The notes beneath the pieces were generated by a model. It was not told where the DNA came from and searched no databases. It saw only the letters and a program-made list of their open reading frames with translations. From positions 1 to 48,547 of the forward strand of contig ASPP01020001.1 of assembly GCA_000512085.1 (NCBI GenBank): a DNA stretch of 48,547 nt, in the 5' to 3' direction. The translations under genes and the position numbers were made by a program. This DNA comes from Reticulomyxa filosa (lineage: Eukaryota > Protista > Foraminifera). The first letter of the stretch is position 1, and each line of letters starts with the position of its first letter. Below are positions 23,837-35,904 of this stretch, one piece after another.

Positions 23837-26800
23837 ATGCCAAAAGGAAAAAAAAAGACTGTTGACGATTCCATCCACCCCGCGGATGCTTTGGAAGTGG
23901 AAGGTGACCTTATTGACGCAGAAATGGATGCGGTATGTTTTACATTTTTTTAGTTTAAAAAAACATAATAATAATGCGAACTAGCGTGAATGTGGTTGGG
24001 GTGTGGTGGGTACGCGTTTCTCGTGTGTGTTTTTTTTTAACAGCCTAAGAAAGGCAAAAAAGGAAAGAAGAAAAACGCTGACTTCGACGAAGCTCCTGTC
24101 GAAGATAAAGGTTAAAAAAAAAAAAAGATCAAAGCTTTCAAGGAAGGGGGAGAAAAAAAAAACCCAACTCGCAATTTTTATTATTTTTTTAAAAAGGGGG
24201 GAAAAGCAAAGGCGAACCAAAAAAAAAAAAAAAAAAAAAATGAAAATGTTGAAAAATTAAACAGGCGGAAAGCAAGGCAAAAAAAAGGGAAAGGGAGGAG
24301 ATGGAGGTAAGCAAAGGATGAAAGAGATGGCAGAGATCCGCCGTGAAGGGTTGGTAGAATTTGGTGAATCTCTGATGGAAGGACTTGAGGATAAACTGAT
24401 CCAGTATTTTGATGACGAAAAGAAGGAAATCTTTATGGAAACAGTGAAAGAGACACTGGACTTTTATGAGGAGAACTGGTCGCAGTCGTACAGCGAGGAT
24501 GTGTTTGAAGGGAAAAAAGATGAAATCCGAACGGCCTGGGACGAAATTGTCAAACTGTGCCGCGCCGAATGGGGCGAAGAAAACAAGGATGCTTTGAATG
24601 CTCAAAAGGAGGAGCAAAAAACTGAAGGAGAGAATGAAAAATATGGAAAAAGTTGGGAATTAAAGCCAAATCGCAAAATACCAAAGGTGCCGAAGGTCGA
24701 CGAGGAGGTGGGGGCGGTGGCTTCTCAGCCAAGACAAAGATCTCCAAGAAACAATTGAAAGAATTGCAACGCCAACTTGAAGAGGGCACAAATAAAAATA
24801 AGAACAAAAGCGATAACGAAAGCGAAAATGAAGATGGAGATGAGAATGAAAATGACGATGAGAAACAAAACGCAAACGAGAAAGACAAAGATAAAAACAA
24901 AAACAAAAATCAAGACCAACCTGCAAATACGGAATCACAAACTACCGCTCCTGAAGAAGAAAAGGGAACAGGAAATGAGTTAAGAGAACAGAGACCTTTT
25001 TTATTGTGATATTACCACTAGTTGTTGGACTAATTTTCATTTATTTACATTTTGTTCTACATTGGGATATGTGTGATATACATATATAAGCAGAACTGAG
25101 ACGAAACCAACGAAACCCGCAGACGACGAGGATTGGAGCGCAAGTGATTCGGAGGAAGAGGACGACGAAGAGGATACCAGCGTAAAAAACAAGAAGAAAA
25201 AACCAGCCGTGTCGAAACAATTTAAAGATGACTTGAGTGACACGGAGACAAAACCTAAGCAAAAAAAAAGAAGAAAACATAAAAAACCTGCCAAACCAAA
25301 GGAGAAGGAAGAGTCCGCTACTGGAAAACCTGCAGAAAAGGAAGAAGCGAAACAAGGAAAACCTGAAGCAAAAAAGAAAGATAAAAAGAGTAAAAAGAAA
25401 GATGATGACAAAGATTCTCAACTTAAATCACCAATCGTCGTCGTAATGGGACATGTCGATACTGGCAAAACCAAAATTCTAGATCGTATTCGCCATACTT
25501 CAGTGCAGGCCAGGGAAGCAGGTGGTATCACCCAACAAATTGGGGCTACCTATTTAACCAAGGAATACATTGCCAAAGCCACTGCTCGAATGAAAGAACA
25601 AACCTCCAAGCCATTCGAAACCAAGGTTAGTGGAATATCTCTTTTTTTTTAAACACTTTTTTTTAAAAATAAGCAATGTTTGGATGAACACAGTTGCCTG
25701 GCTTGTTATTTATTGATACCCCCGGACACGAATCATTTGCCAACTTACGAGCTCGTGGTTCTTCCATGTGTGATATTGCTGTTTTGGTTGTTGATCTAAT
25801 GCACGGCTTGGAAAAACAGACATTGGAGTCTTTAAAAATGTTAACAGATAGAAGCACTCCATTTATTGTTGCTTTGAATAAAGTTATTTTGGTTTTTTTG
25901 TTGTATAACAATATACTTGTATGCACATGTATGTAAAGTAATTGCTTTTTTTGATATATAGATCGACCGATGTTTAGATTGGGTTGCCGACGAAGGGGCT
26001 CCTTTTCAATTGACTTTTCAAAGACAAAAGCAACACACAAAACAAGATTTTGAAAATCGTTTGTCTGGAATTAGGACGGAATTTGCAGAAAAAGGATGGA
26101 ACACAGAATTATACTTTAGAAACAAAAATGTAAAAACGGATATATCCATGGTTCCTACATCGGCTATTACTGGTGAAGGAATCCCTGATTTGTTGGACTT
26201 GTTGATTCAACTTAATGAAAAGTACATGAGGCGCCAATTGCGATTTAAGGAAAAGTTCGTGTGTACTGTGTTGGAAGTGAAAAATACAATAGGTCATGGA
26301 ACCACATTGGATGTAATTTTGTCCAATGGCACATTGCGCAAAGATGACACGATAATCGTGTGTGGAATGCCCCCACAAGGGACAATTATTACAAATATTC
26401 GTGCTTTGCTTTTGCCATCCGAAGCTTCGGAAATGAGAGAACGTGCGGAATACAAACTTGTTGAAGAAGTGCATGCAAGCGCTGGTGTGCGTATTTCCGC
26501 AAATGGACTTGAGCATGCTGTTCCAGGTGCGCATATGCAAATCGTTCCTAGGAACTTGAAGAACAGTAAGGATCATGCCAAACGCAGAGAAGAAATTGAA
26601 AAGCTGTCTGATGAAGTCCAACAAGATTACACAAACGTATGTCTATTTATTTTGTTACTTTTTTTAATGTTTAATTTAAAAAAAAATGTAATGATACACA
26701 GGTGTTCAAGAATATATCCCGTCAACAACGTGGAGTGTATGTCCAAGCATCAACCATTAGGTGCCTTGGAAGCATTGATTACATTTTTGCAAGATCTTAA

Positions 26801-27482
26801 GCCTTCAATTCCAATTTGCGGCATAAACATTGGAGACGTTCACAAACAAGATGTCATTAAAGCGGGAGTAATGCTTGATCACCAGCCTGAGTTTGCCGTC
26901 ATTTTGGCATTCAATGTGAAAGTGGATCCTGAAGCAAGAGAACTGGCAAGACAAAATGGAGTACAGATCTTTACTGCCGAAATTATCTATCATTTAGAAG
27001 ATGCGTTTAACAAGTACATGAAAGAAATATATGATCACAGAAAAGCAGGAGCCACAGATTTGGCAGTGTTTCCAGTGGAATTGGAAATTCTTCCAGAGCA
27101 CATTATTCACAACAAGTATCCTATTGTCATTGGAGTCAAAATTGTGCGTGGCACGTTGCGTAAGCATACTCCAATATGTGCCAAGAAATACGACAGTTCA
27201 GGAGTTGCTGCACCACTGTACCTTGGAAAAGTTGTCGGAATTCAAGTGGAGAAAAAAGATGTGGAAATAGCAAAAGCGGGAGAAAAAGTGGCAGTGAAAA
27301 TTGAAGGAGACGAAACAGTCAAAAACATCCAGTTTGGAAGACAATTTGATCAAAATGATCGCCTCGTCTCCCTGATTTCCCGCGACAGTTTGGATGCCTT
27401 GAAGAAAAATTTCCAAGATGATATTGATTCGGATGATGTTAAACATTTGCATGCATTGAAAATTTATTTTTCGGTCATTTGA
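23837..27482 (+). CDS. EIF5B: Translation initiation factor eIF5B
   Basis: [55 protein letters not shown]|[33 protein letters not shown]; long charged N-terminus. Frameshifts near 24616-24651 and 26754. Confidence 0.96.
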
Positions 27483-28015
27483 TTAGACCATACTATTGTG
27501 AAACTTATTTTTAAAAAGTTTTTTGGCTCAATCACTTTCACGTGCATCATCTAGTTTTGTTTGGCTCTCGTTTCACTCAGTAATGATACTTTTTCTTGCA
27601 AAAGGCTTCTCCGAAAGAAAATTGTAAGGACAGACCTTTTGGGCTTAGCTTTTCAAAAAAGGTTACAGAAGTAAACATTTTTCACGATAAAACTCGAAAT
27701 TGCTATTGCTTCTAATAAGTAAAATGACATTTTAAAAGCGAGAATAAAAAAAACTATTATACATATATTTGAAGACAAACCAGAAAATGATTGAAGAATA
27801 ATTGAAAAGTTAAAACAATTAGTATATGAGCAAACAACTTGTTTGTTGTATATGTCGGATAATTACTTCAAATTTATTGTAGCATTGCTATATGAATATA
27901 AGAAATATACAGTATTAAATGAAAATTTCGGCTCTTTTCGGTCAAAAGAAGAAATTGCAGGTTTTAAATCAGTCGTGCGGGAACGGTATGTTATAAAATT
28001 TTTTTAAGAAAGAAA

Positions 28016-30653
28016 ATGGCAAAAATAGTAGATCCCAACGAAACAAAGGTAGAAGAAAAATCACATGAACCATTGGATACAACATCTGGCGCTCCAAGTT
28101 ATTTATGCAATGATAAAGGGTTCATGGAGTTCAGTGACCAGCTAGTAATCGATAAGCGTTATGTGTTGCAAAAGCCAAAAAAAGTGGATGAGTTGGAACT
28201 GGACCATGGGAAAGGGAGATATGGATCAGTCTACTGTGCATACGATAAGAAAGAAAAAATGTTTAAAGCAGTAAAGATATTGAAATTGCCAGAAAAAGAT
28301 GGTGAAGATGTTAAGAACCAAACCAGCAAACAAAAAAGGGGGACACATAACTTTAAAGGATATGCTACGCGCACACTAAAAAAAAAAGTACATAAGTGTA
28401 TGGTATCCTATTTGTATTGGTCTGTTTGCTCTGTCTTGTCTCCAAAAAGAATTACATTCGTCGTGAGTTACGTGTATTAAAACGGATAACGAACAATGAG
28501 CTAGGAGAAGAAGACAATGAGAAAGGCATAATCTGTCCATTTGTGATTCAACTGCTGGGTCATGGGACCTACGAAAACCACAGTTATTTTGTATTCGATT
28601 ACTTTGAAGTGACATTGCAACAACACTTGGAATACATTTTACAATTAAACTATGAAAGTTTGACAAAACTGAAGCAACAAATACTTGACAGTAACAATCA
28701 GGACATAGAAGCCAATGAAAATGATGGCAATGGCAACGACAACGATAATAATAATAATAATAGTAATAATAACAATGACAATGACGACAAAAAAAAAACA
28801 AATCCAAAAAACCAAAAAAAAGCAACCCAAAAAGCCAAATGAAAAAAAGAAGGACAACAACCTCAAACATCAACGTCAATAAGATCGATGATGAAATCAC
28901 ACTTCAAAACATGGAAAAACTCATCCATATTCACAAATACGTTGCAATGCATCCATTCGATGTGTGGATTCTTTTCTTCCAACTTTTGCATGCTATCTCT
29001 TGTTTCGTGCCTTGTTTCTGTCTTTGTGCCTGTTATCACTTCAATATTTTTTTTTTTTAAGTATACGTATACTATCAAAATTGATACATTTTCAACCCCC
29101 TTTTTTTTTTTTTTTAAAAAAAAAAAGATGTTCATAGTGTGTGTAAAGTGATGCATTTGGATTTCAAACCGAATAACATAATGATAAACTCGTACAAACT
29201 TGCGAGTATAAAGTGCGAGCGCTACACGTTGGTAAAGTTGGTAAATCCCAGAGTGACATTGATTGACTTCAGTGTGAGCACAAAGGCGCCGCGAGACGTG
29301 GACTTGGACGAATATCCTTGTCGGGGACAGTATGGTACTCGTCGGTATCGAGCGCCGGAAATGATATTCGGCGGCCTGTGGAACAGGTCCATTGATACCT
29401 TTGCGCTGGCGCTGATTGCACTGGAGTGCATTAACCTGACGCGAATTATGGAGAACAAGTATCGCGGCCAAGACGGGCGTCGCTTCCAACGTCTCAAAGA
29501 CGATCACGGCAGAAAGGCGTACGAAAAAAAAGAAGTTGTCGATTACATTGTTCGAATGGCAAAGACTTTTATGGGAAAGCCTTCACAACAATATTTAGAT
29601 TCTTGTTTCGTTATTTATTTTTATTATTATTTTTTTTTTTATTTTTTTTTTTTGATGATAATAATAACAAATTATATAATAATAATAATAATATTAATAA
29701 TAATTTTATTTTTTTTTTTTTTTATATTTAAAAAAAACAAATGAAGTAAACAAAGAATTTCAACCATTTATCAAAGATGCCGTGCAACTGCCTTATCGTG
29801 AAGATTATCGCGTTGACTTGGTCAAAAAGGATCGTCGTAATAGCTCAATGATACCGTCCTCGCCGAAATCTTTGTCGAAAGACTACATGAGCAAATTCAT
29901 TGACAATCCCTTTTTCACTCCTGTCCATTCGTATACGTTTGATTACGGAGCTACATTTTCTGATGTGTATCAATCACACTTGTTTGCACTCCCTCGTCCC
30001 AATTTGATCAGCTCCTACTTTGGCATCTATCAGCCTTTCATCGATAACAAGATGATATTCGACAGAGACATTGAGCGGCTCAATCTCTTGGAAAAAGCAA
30101 TAAACCAAATCTTGCTATGGGATCGCTTTGAGCGGGCCACGCCCGAAATCTTGCTCACACAGTTCCTTCAGGACGACAAACACTATCTGCTGTCCTGTCT
30201 TTTTGCAAAAGAGCAGTTGAATGCACTACAGCAGCGCGGATTTACTGATGACTTCATCCTTCGTTGTGCCGAAGCCCAAATCACAAAGAGAAGTGCTACT
30301 GAATGTTTGACAACTATCACAAACAAAGGATGAGAGTACTTAGTGTAATATATATATATGTATATGTATACATATGTATATCGTACATATAATTTGTTAG
30401 ATCGTTTTTTCTTTTTTTGCTTGTTTTTTTATTTGTTAAAAGGTGCTGGTTTTCGCGAAACTAAATGTTTTATTTTGATTGCTTGTTTGAAGTAGGTCAA
30501 GATGCATTAGAAACTTTCAAGGACGAAATGAAAAAAGATGAAAAAGAAAAAAAGAAAGAAAGTCGGTTTTCCACTATTGGGAGCCTCCTCAAAAATGACA
30601 AAGAGAGCACAGTTGGAGGTACCAAAACAGATGATGCCGCCGATGGAACATAA
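28016..30653 (+). CDS. Divergent CMGC-like (CLK/DYRK-like) protein kinase
   Basis: GKGRYGSV, AVKI, RRELRVLK, HLDFKPNNI, LIDFS, GTRRYRAPEMIFG..W...ID. Frameshift in A-runs at about 28790-28850. The end is either TGA 30333 or a further exon ending at 30653. Confidence 0.8.
28708..28790 (+). repeat. AAT/AAC/GAC trinucleotide tract encoding poly-Asn/Asp
   Basis: ANENDGNGNDNDNNNNNSNNNNDNDD within the kinase insert. Confidence 0.8.
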
Positions 30654-32854
30654 GAAAAATGTCTTTAAAAAAAAAATAATAAAAACAAAAACAAACAAAA
30701 AAAGATGTTAGAGCAAGTGCTTGCAACTTTGTGCCTCAACTTTTTTTTTGCTGGATAAACCCGTGTTAAGGTTGAACAGCAATAAAGACACATAAGTAAT
30801 ACAAAAATATCGTTTCCCAAAATTTAGGTTTGTTTTCCAATTCACATTCTATACGTAAGCAGATTTTTAACTTTTCATCCTTCAACATTGGCTTGATTTG
30901 TTGCTCCTGGTCTTACTATCTCTTTACTAATTTTTTGTCTGCACTTACTGTCTTTGATTGTTTTTTTCTTTTATCTTTTCTGCGACCAGCGATAAATTTT
31001 TTGATTCAGTTTGCTATAATGTTTTAATTATAATTATAACTTTGTATCTTTTAGTAATTGTCAGCATCTTTGTTATTGAAAATTAAACATTGTATTAACG
31101 CTATCTTGAATTTGTTATACTTGTAGGGAGGTGCCATACTGTTTAATGTCAAGGGTCCAGTGAACGTTGAAATCATTATTCCAAAAACTTATAATTTTTT
31201 CTCGTTTTTTCTGTCTTATTGTTTTGCTGTTATTGTGGTTAATCATTTTTGATTTAATTCACTTGTTTTCTATTGAAAGATAATGTCATCATTACAACAG
31301 CATAATGACGGAACGTCGCAAACGAACGATAAATAACGGCGATTGGTCAGTTAGTTTTATGCAAAAATTTGCTAAATTATTTGAAGTCTTGCAGTATGAC
31401 AAATGTAGTATAGTCAATATTGAGATTCATTGCAAAATACTGAAAGTAAATTTTAATAAAACTAAAAATGATAATGTTATTTTAGTGATTTGATGTCAGA
31501 ACGTTAATCGTTTGGAGAACAACGCAAAGAGAATTTAAATAGTCATAATACAAAAATAACTAATATGAACGAACTACTTACTAAATTATTATCAAAACAA
31601 TAATTTATATAAATAAAATTTGACTTAAAATTAGATTATGTGAATAATATTATGCTAAATTTATGAAAATGTTGAAACAACATTATTAATATTAATGTAA
31701 TAGTTGTTGAACTATTTGTTAGAATAGTTAGTATAAATGTATGAATAAAATCTAATGTCGAATAAACAAAATGATATAAGAAAAAAATTTTGTTTTAAAG
31801 TTAATAAAACATTGAAAATATGAAAATTACATTAAATAGTATCCAAATAGAAAAAGAATTTGTAACAACTGTTATAACAAATTACAATATAGTAATAAAT
31901 GTTGGAACTGTATTAATCATAGTCATAAACAACGATATTATATATGAAAAAAGATTTGCAATGATATAATATCAAAACTAACAATGATACAAATATATTT
32001 TCAAATGTCGAAAAGTTATTTTAATCAACATATTTTACTAAGTAAAAACATTGATACTACAGTATGTTACAAAGAAAACTGAAAGCATAAAACAATATCC
32101 TATGATGATAATTGATTTTCTCCATGAAAAATCAACATTTATAACTAATTTTTTTTTATTTTAAAAAAAATATCTACAAATCTTGTAGTTTTTAAATATG
32201 AAATTTGTTTTTTAGTAACTTTTTTTTTTGTTGGATGAAATCAACATTCTTTCAAATGATTTATTTGCCTGAAAACAGTTCCATCATACAACTGAATAGT
32301 TTAAAAGAAATTATATGAATTATGTCCAAATTAATGTGAATAAAACAATTACTTATTTCGTCTTATCACACAAAAAAGTAATGTACGAAATTTTGTCCAT
32401 ATTTTGGCAAGTGATTACATCAAATGCATGTATTGATCAAATAAAATTAGTGTCAGATTTTATATTCTATTCGTTTAGCTTTTGTTTTCAATTTGTGATA
32501 CACGCCTTAAACCATTCATTTTTGATTTTCAATAATTCATCTTTTATTATTACAATTATTTTCAGGATCATTGCATTTATATTTTATCTTTTAGTTATTC
32601 AAAATTTAATTTGTCGAATGATGCACATTAGAAGAACAAAGAGGATGTAATAAAAGACAGATTTGATGTGTAAAGGCAATTACAACATGCAAATTTCTTT
32701 TCTTTCAAAAAGAACGGGACTAATGTGTAAAACTGTGCAAAAAAAAGTGCTGTCACGTGATTTTGAGAACATATGACACAGAAAAAGAGCGCATAAAAGA
32801 GGGTATTCAAGGAAAACCCAACAAAAATATCTTTTTTCACTCGTTTTCTCTCGT

Positions 32855-34649
32855 TCAGTTAGATATTGGTTTATAATCTTTGAAAATATTTTTATAAAAG
32901 CGTAGTCCTTCGACGCTTTCATCCCGACATAGATATTCTGTTTGTTCGGCTTGCAATAACTGTTGTCTGTAATCAGTCGCAGCATATGCAAATAACACCC
33001 AACGATGAACAAGTGAAGAGAAACAAGAGATAATATGAAAATACGAGTGAAAGAAGCATACCGAGCTAAATTAATGGAGACATGCGTGGCTTGAGATAAG
33101 GCTAATTCATCAATTGAGCCTTGTTTTTCGATAATCTGTAAGATTCGGCTCGCAACTTTATCATCACTATAAGCAAGCAGTTCCACAACTAGCACTTCAC
33201 TTTCTTCAAATTTTCTCATTTTCAAAGGCAGTTCAAGTCTTGACATTAGTTTGCAAGATGCCAAAATATCATCAGGAGAGACCAACTCACTACCGCGAGC
33301 ACGGTTGAACAAACAGTACACGTCGGTCAATGTCATCATTCCTCCACTTCTTTCCAAAGGTCTAACCAAAGAGAGTTAATATGCAATCCATTTGACATTT
33401 AACACATCCATCAATCAAAAAAAAAAGGGGATGAAAGAGAGTTCAAAGTTCTTTTTTTTTTTGAAAAAAAAAGATTTAAATAATTCGAAACTTGACAAGA
33501 AAATCAGCAAGTTGACGAGCGAGCAAATTATGATACTGACTGCCAGCAGCCTCTTTTGTGACAGGACTGGCAATACCTAAGTTTTGTAACATATTATCAA
33601 ATTCATCTTGATTATCTTTGGCCTCTTGTGAAGCGGCCAATCGATTTGCCAAGGCGACCATATCTTTGGCTTTTATCATCAATGCTTCCAAGTCCTGAAA
33701 CGCTTCAGTCACGACCTGTTTTGTTTTTTCTTGTCTTTCTCGTGTTTCACGCATGATTCCACCTTATTTTTTTTTTTTTTTTTTTTGAGGTTGCAAGTTT
33801 CAAACTGAATAATTAACACTCATATCTTAGCTCTGTAAAAAAAAAAAGGGGTTGTAAGAACAGTAAAAAAAAAACGCAACGTATCCCCGCCATTCCAACT
33901 TGAAATTCTCTTTTTTCCTCTGTTTCTTGTTTTTGCCAGCTTCGAGATTGCAAAGCTTTGGTCATTTTCTTGACAAAGTCGTCTCTACCATTGGTGTGAA
34001 AAGAGAGCACCATGTAGCCTGGCAAAGGCGGCTCCAAGTGTCGTATGATCGGCGTTTGACCACTATTCAAACCTACTTTTGCCCTTTCCACTACTTCCCG
34101 TGCGCTCAAATATATGTAACATTTTGGCGCTGAGATTCCGGTTATTCCTCCTGCCTGCCCACACATACACACATTTTTTTACCAACGTATACTTTGTGAA
34201 TATTACTATCACTATGCACCATTTTTCTGAAGGAATTGGGATAGTAGGACATTACTCTTTCCTTCTCCCCTCCCTTCTCCTCTTTCGCTTTTGCCAAAAA
34301 AAAAAGGGGCAAATAAATGAACCTTTATTTCGCATGATTTGATGTTTTTTAAATGAATGGCGTGTCTTTTGGACACGTTCGTCCATAACAATCGAAATGT
34401 TGTCAATGTACATTGTCCCTTGTCCCATTTTTTCGTTTCCCTGTTTTTTCATTCACATTTTTGATTTATTTTAGCTTGTCTATCTCCTTTTTTCCCCTCC
34501 TCTCCAGACAATAGCTCACTGAACCCGTAATAAATTGACACGCTATTATCATATTGCAATTCAACCTCATCTGCTTCGAGTTGAGGTCTGCCACCTGCAG
34601 TCAATGAATAGGGATCAAGATAATCATCAAAATCATTCTTTGTCGTCAT
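32855..34649 (-). CDS. VPS36: ESCRT-II subunit Vps36/EAP45
   Basis: GLUE domain (WDKGQCTLTTFRLLW, YMVLSFH), AFQDLEALMIKAKDMV.LA, LGIASPVT, GGMMTLTDVYCLFNRARG.ELVSPDD, LCRDESVEGLRFY; six exons, phases consistent. Confidence 0.95.
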
Positions 34650-35904
34650 GTCGTTCAAATTTTTTTTTTATTCCGTGAGAAATATTTTGCTGAAAAATAA
34701 CGATTTTGTTTAAACTGTCGAAAAAGTGTTTATACATAACTTTACTTAATGTCACAAAAGAAAAACCATGAGATGAGTATATTCAAGTTTTCAAAACGCT
34801 AAAGTTGATATAATATTTCTTTTAATTTATTGTGCTAGACATATGTGGAATGGGCGTCTAAACTTTAAAGTTGTGCTATTCCAATACTTTAAAAAAAAAT
34901 CGCTCACTAATACAATGATTGTAATAGAGATATCAACAACAACTTCCCCAGCATATGTAACGTAATACGATTATTGACATTTTCGTCATAATTTGACTGT
35001 AGCTTTTTTGAAAATTACTTCAATTTTAATAAAATTTTTTAAATTAAATTTAGTAATATTATTCACATTTGTGATTCATTGTGTCATGTTTGAATTGTGT
35101 TTGATTATGGATGAAATTAGTTTTTACAATTTGTATTAAATATTATTTATTACACGCTAAAAAAAGAGGATACATCAATGAAATCTTTAAAAAAATGTAT
35201 TAGTTTGTAAGAAGTGAATCACTAAAAGTGTTAAAGATTTTTTAGAGCAAATTTAAGTATAACGAAGTAGATTAAAATAAAGAATGAAGAGAAGTCGCAT
35301 TGAAACCAAACATTGGGAATCACATTTACAAACAAGATTATGCCAAAAAAAGATAGCTTGACGCTTATGTACGTAAAACACAATATTTTCAACTTTAAGA
35401 TATTCAAAACTTGACTCATTACAAAATGATATCTTGATCCAATTATAATAAAAGTTTAAAGTAACATTAGTAACTTTGGTTTCTGAACAAGAAAGAGAAC
35501 AGGGAAAGGGCAAATCACAGAAATATATATCATCAGTCATATTTTCTAGTATTCATAGAATACAGCAAACCAAAGTGAAGGATACAGTCAAAACACAACA
35601 AAAAATTTCTACAGCCTTCTCTTAGATTATTAATTCTACCTGCTTTTATGAGGACAGCTGAAAATAAGTAGTTTCTAAACAAACCATTTTAGTTTAATTC
35701 ACAATTCACAATAAAACCTCACTTTTGAACTCTAAAGATAAAATGCTAAAACAAAAGATTATTTTGTCCTATTCTAGAAATTGAGGTTCTAACAAGAAAA
35801 AAAAAGTAATTCATATGTTCGATTCGTGCTCATAATTTTTCTTGATTGGTTATCAATGTTTTTTCTTTTACAAAATAAAATAAAACTTGCATAATTCGAA
35901 AATC

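Noticed and set aside
28376-28900. Long antisense or overlapping ORFs (also 24550-24906, 25037-25421, 40012-40497, 45146-45781)
   Set aside because: Shadows of low-complexity sense coding sequence or intronic microsatellites (poly-F/Y/I/H); no independent motifs.
34390-34440. Apparent frameshift in VPS36 (GTMYIDN versus TTFRLLW frames)
   Set aside because: A phase-2 intron gives ETKKWDKGQCTLTTFRLLW in a single frame.
35253-35540. 95-aa Cys-containing minus-strand ORF
   Set aside because: No recognisable motif or supporting exon structure; may be chance or a remnant.
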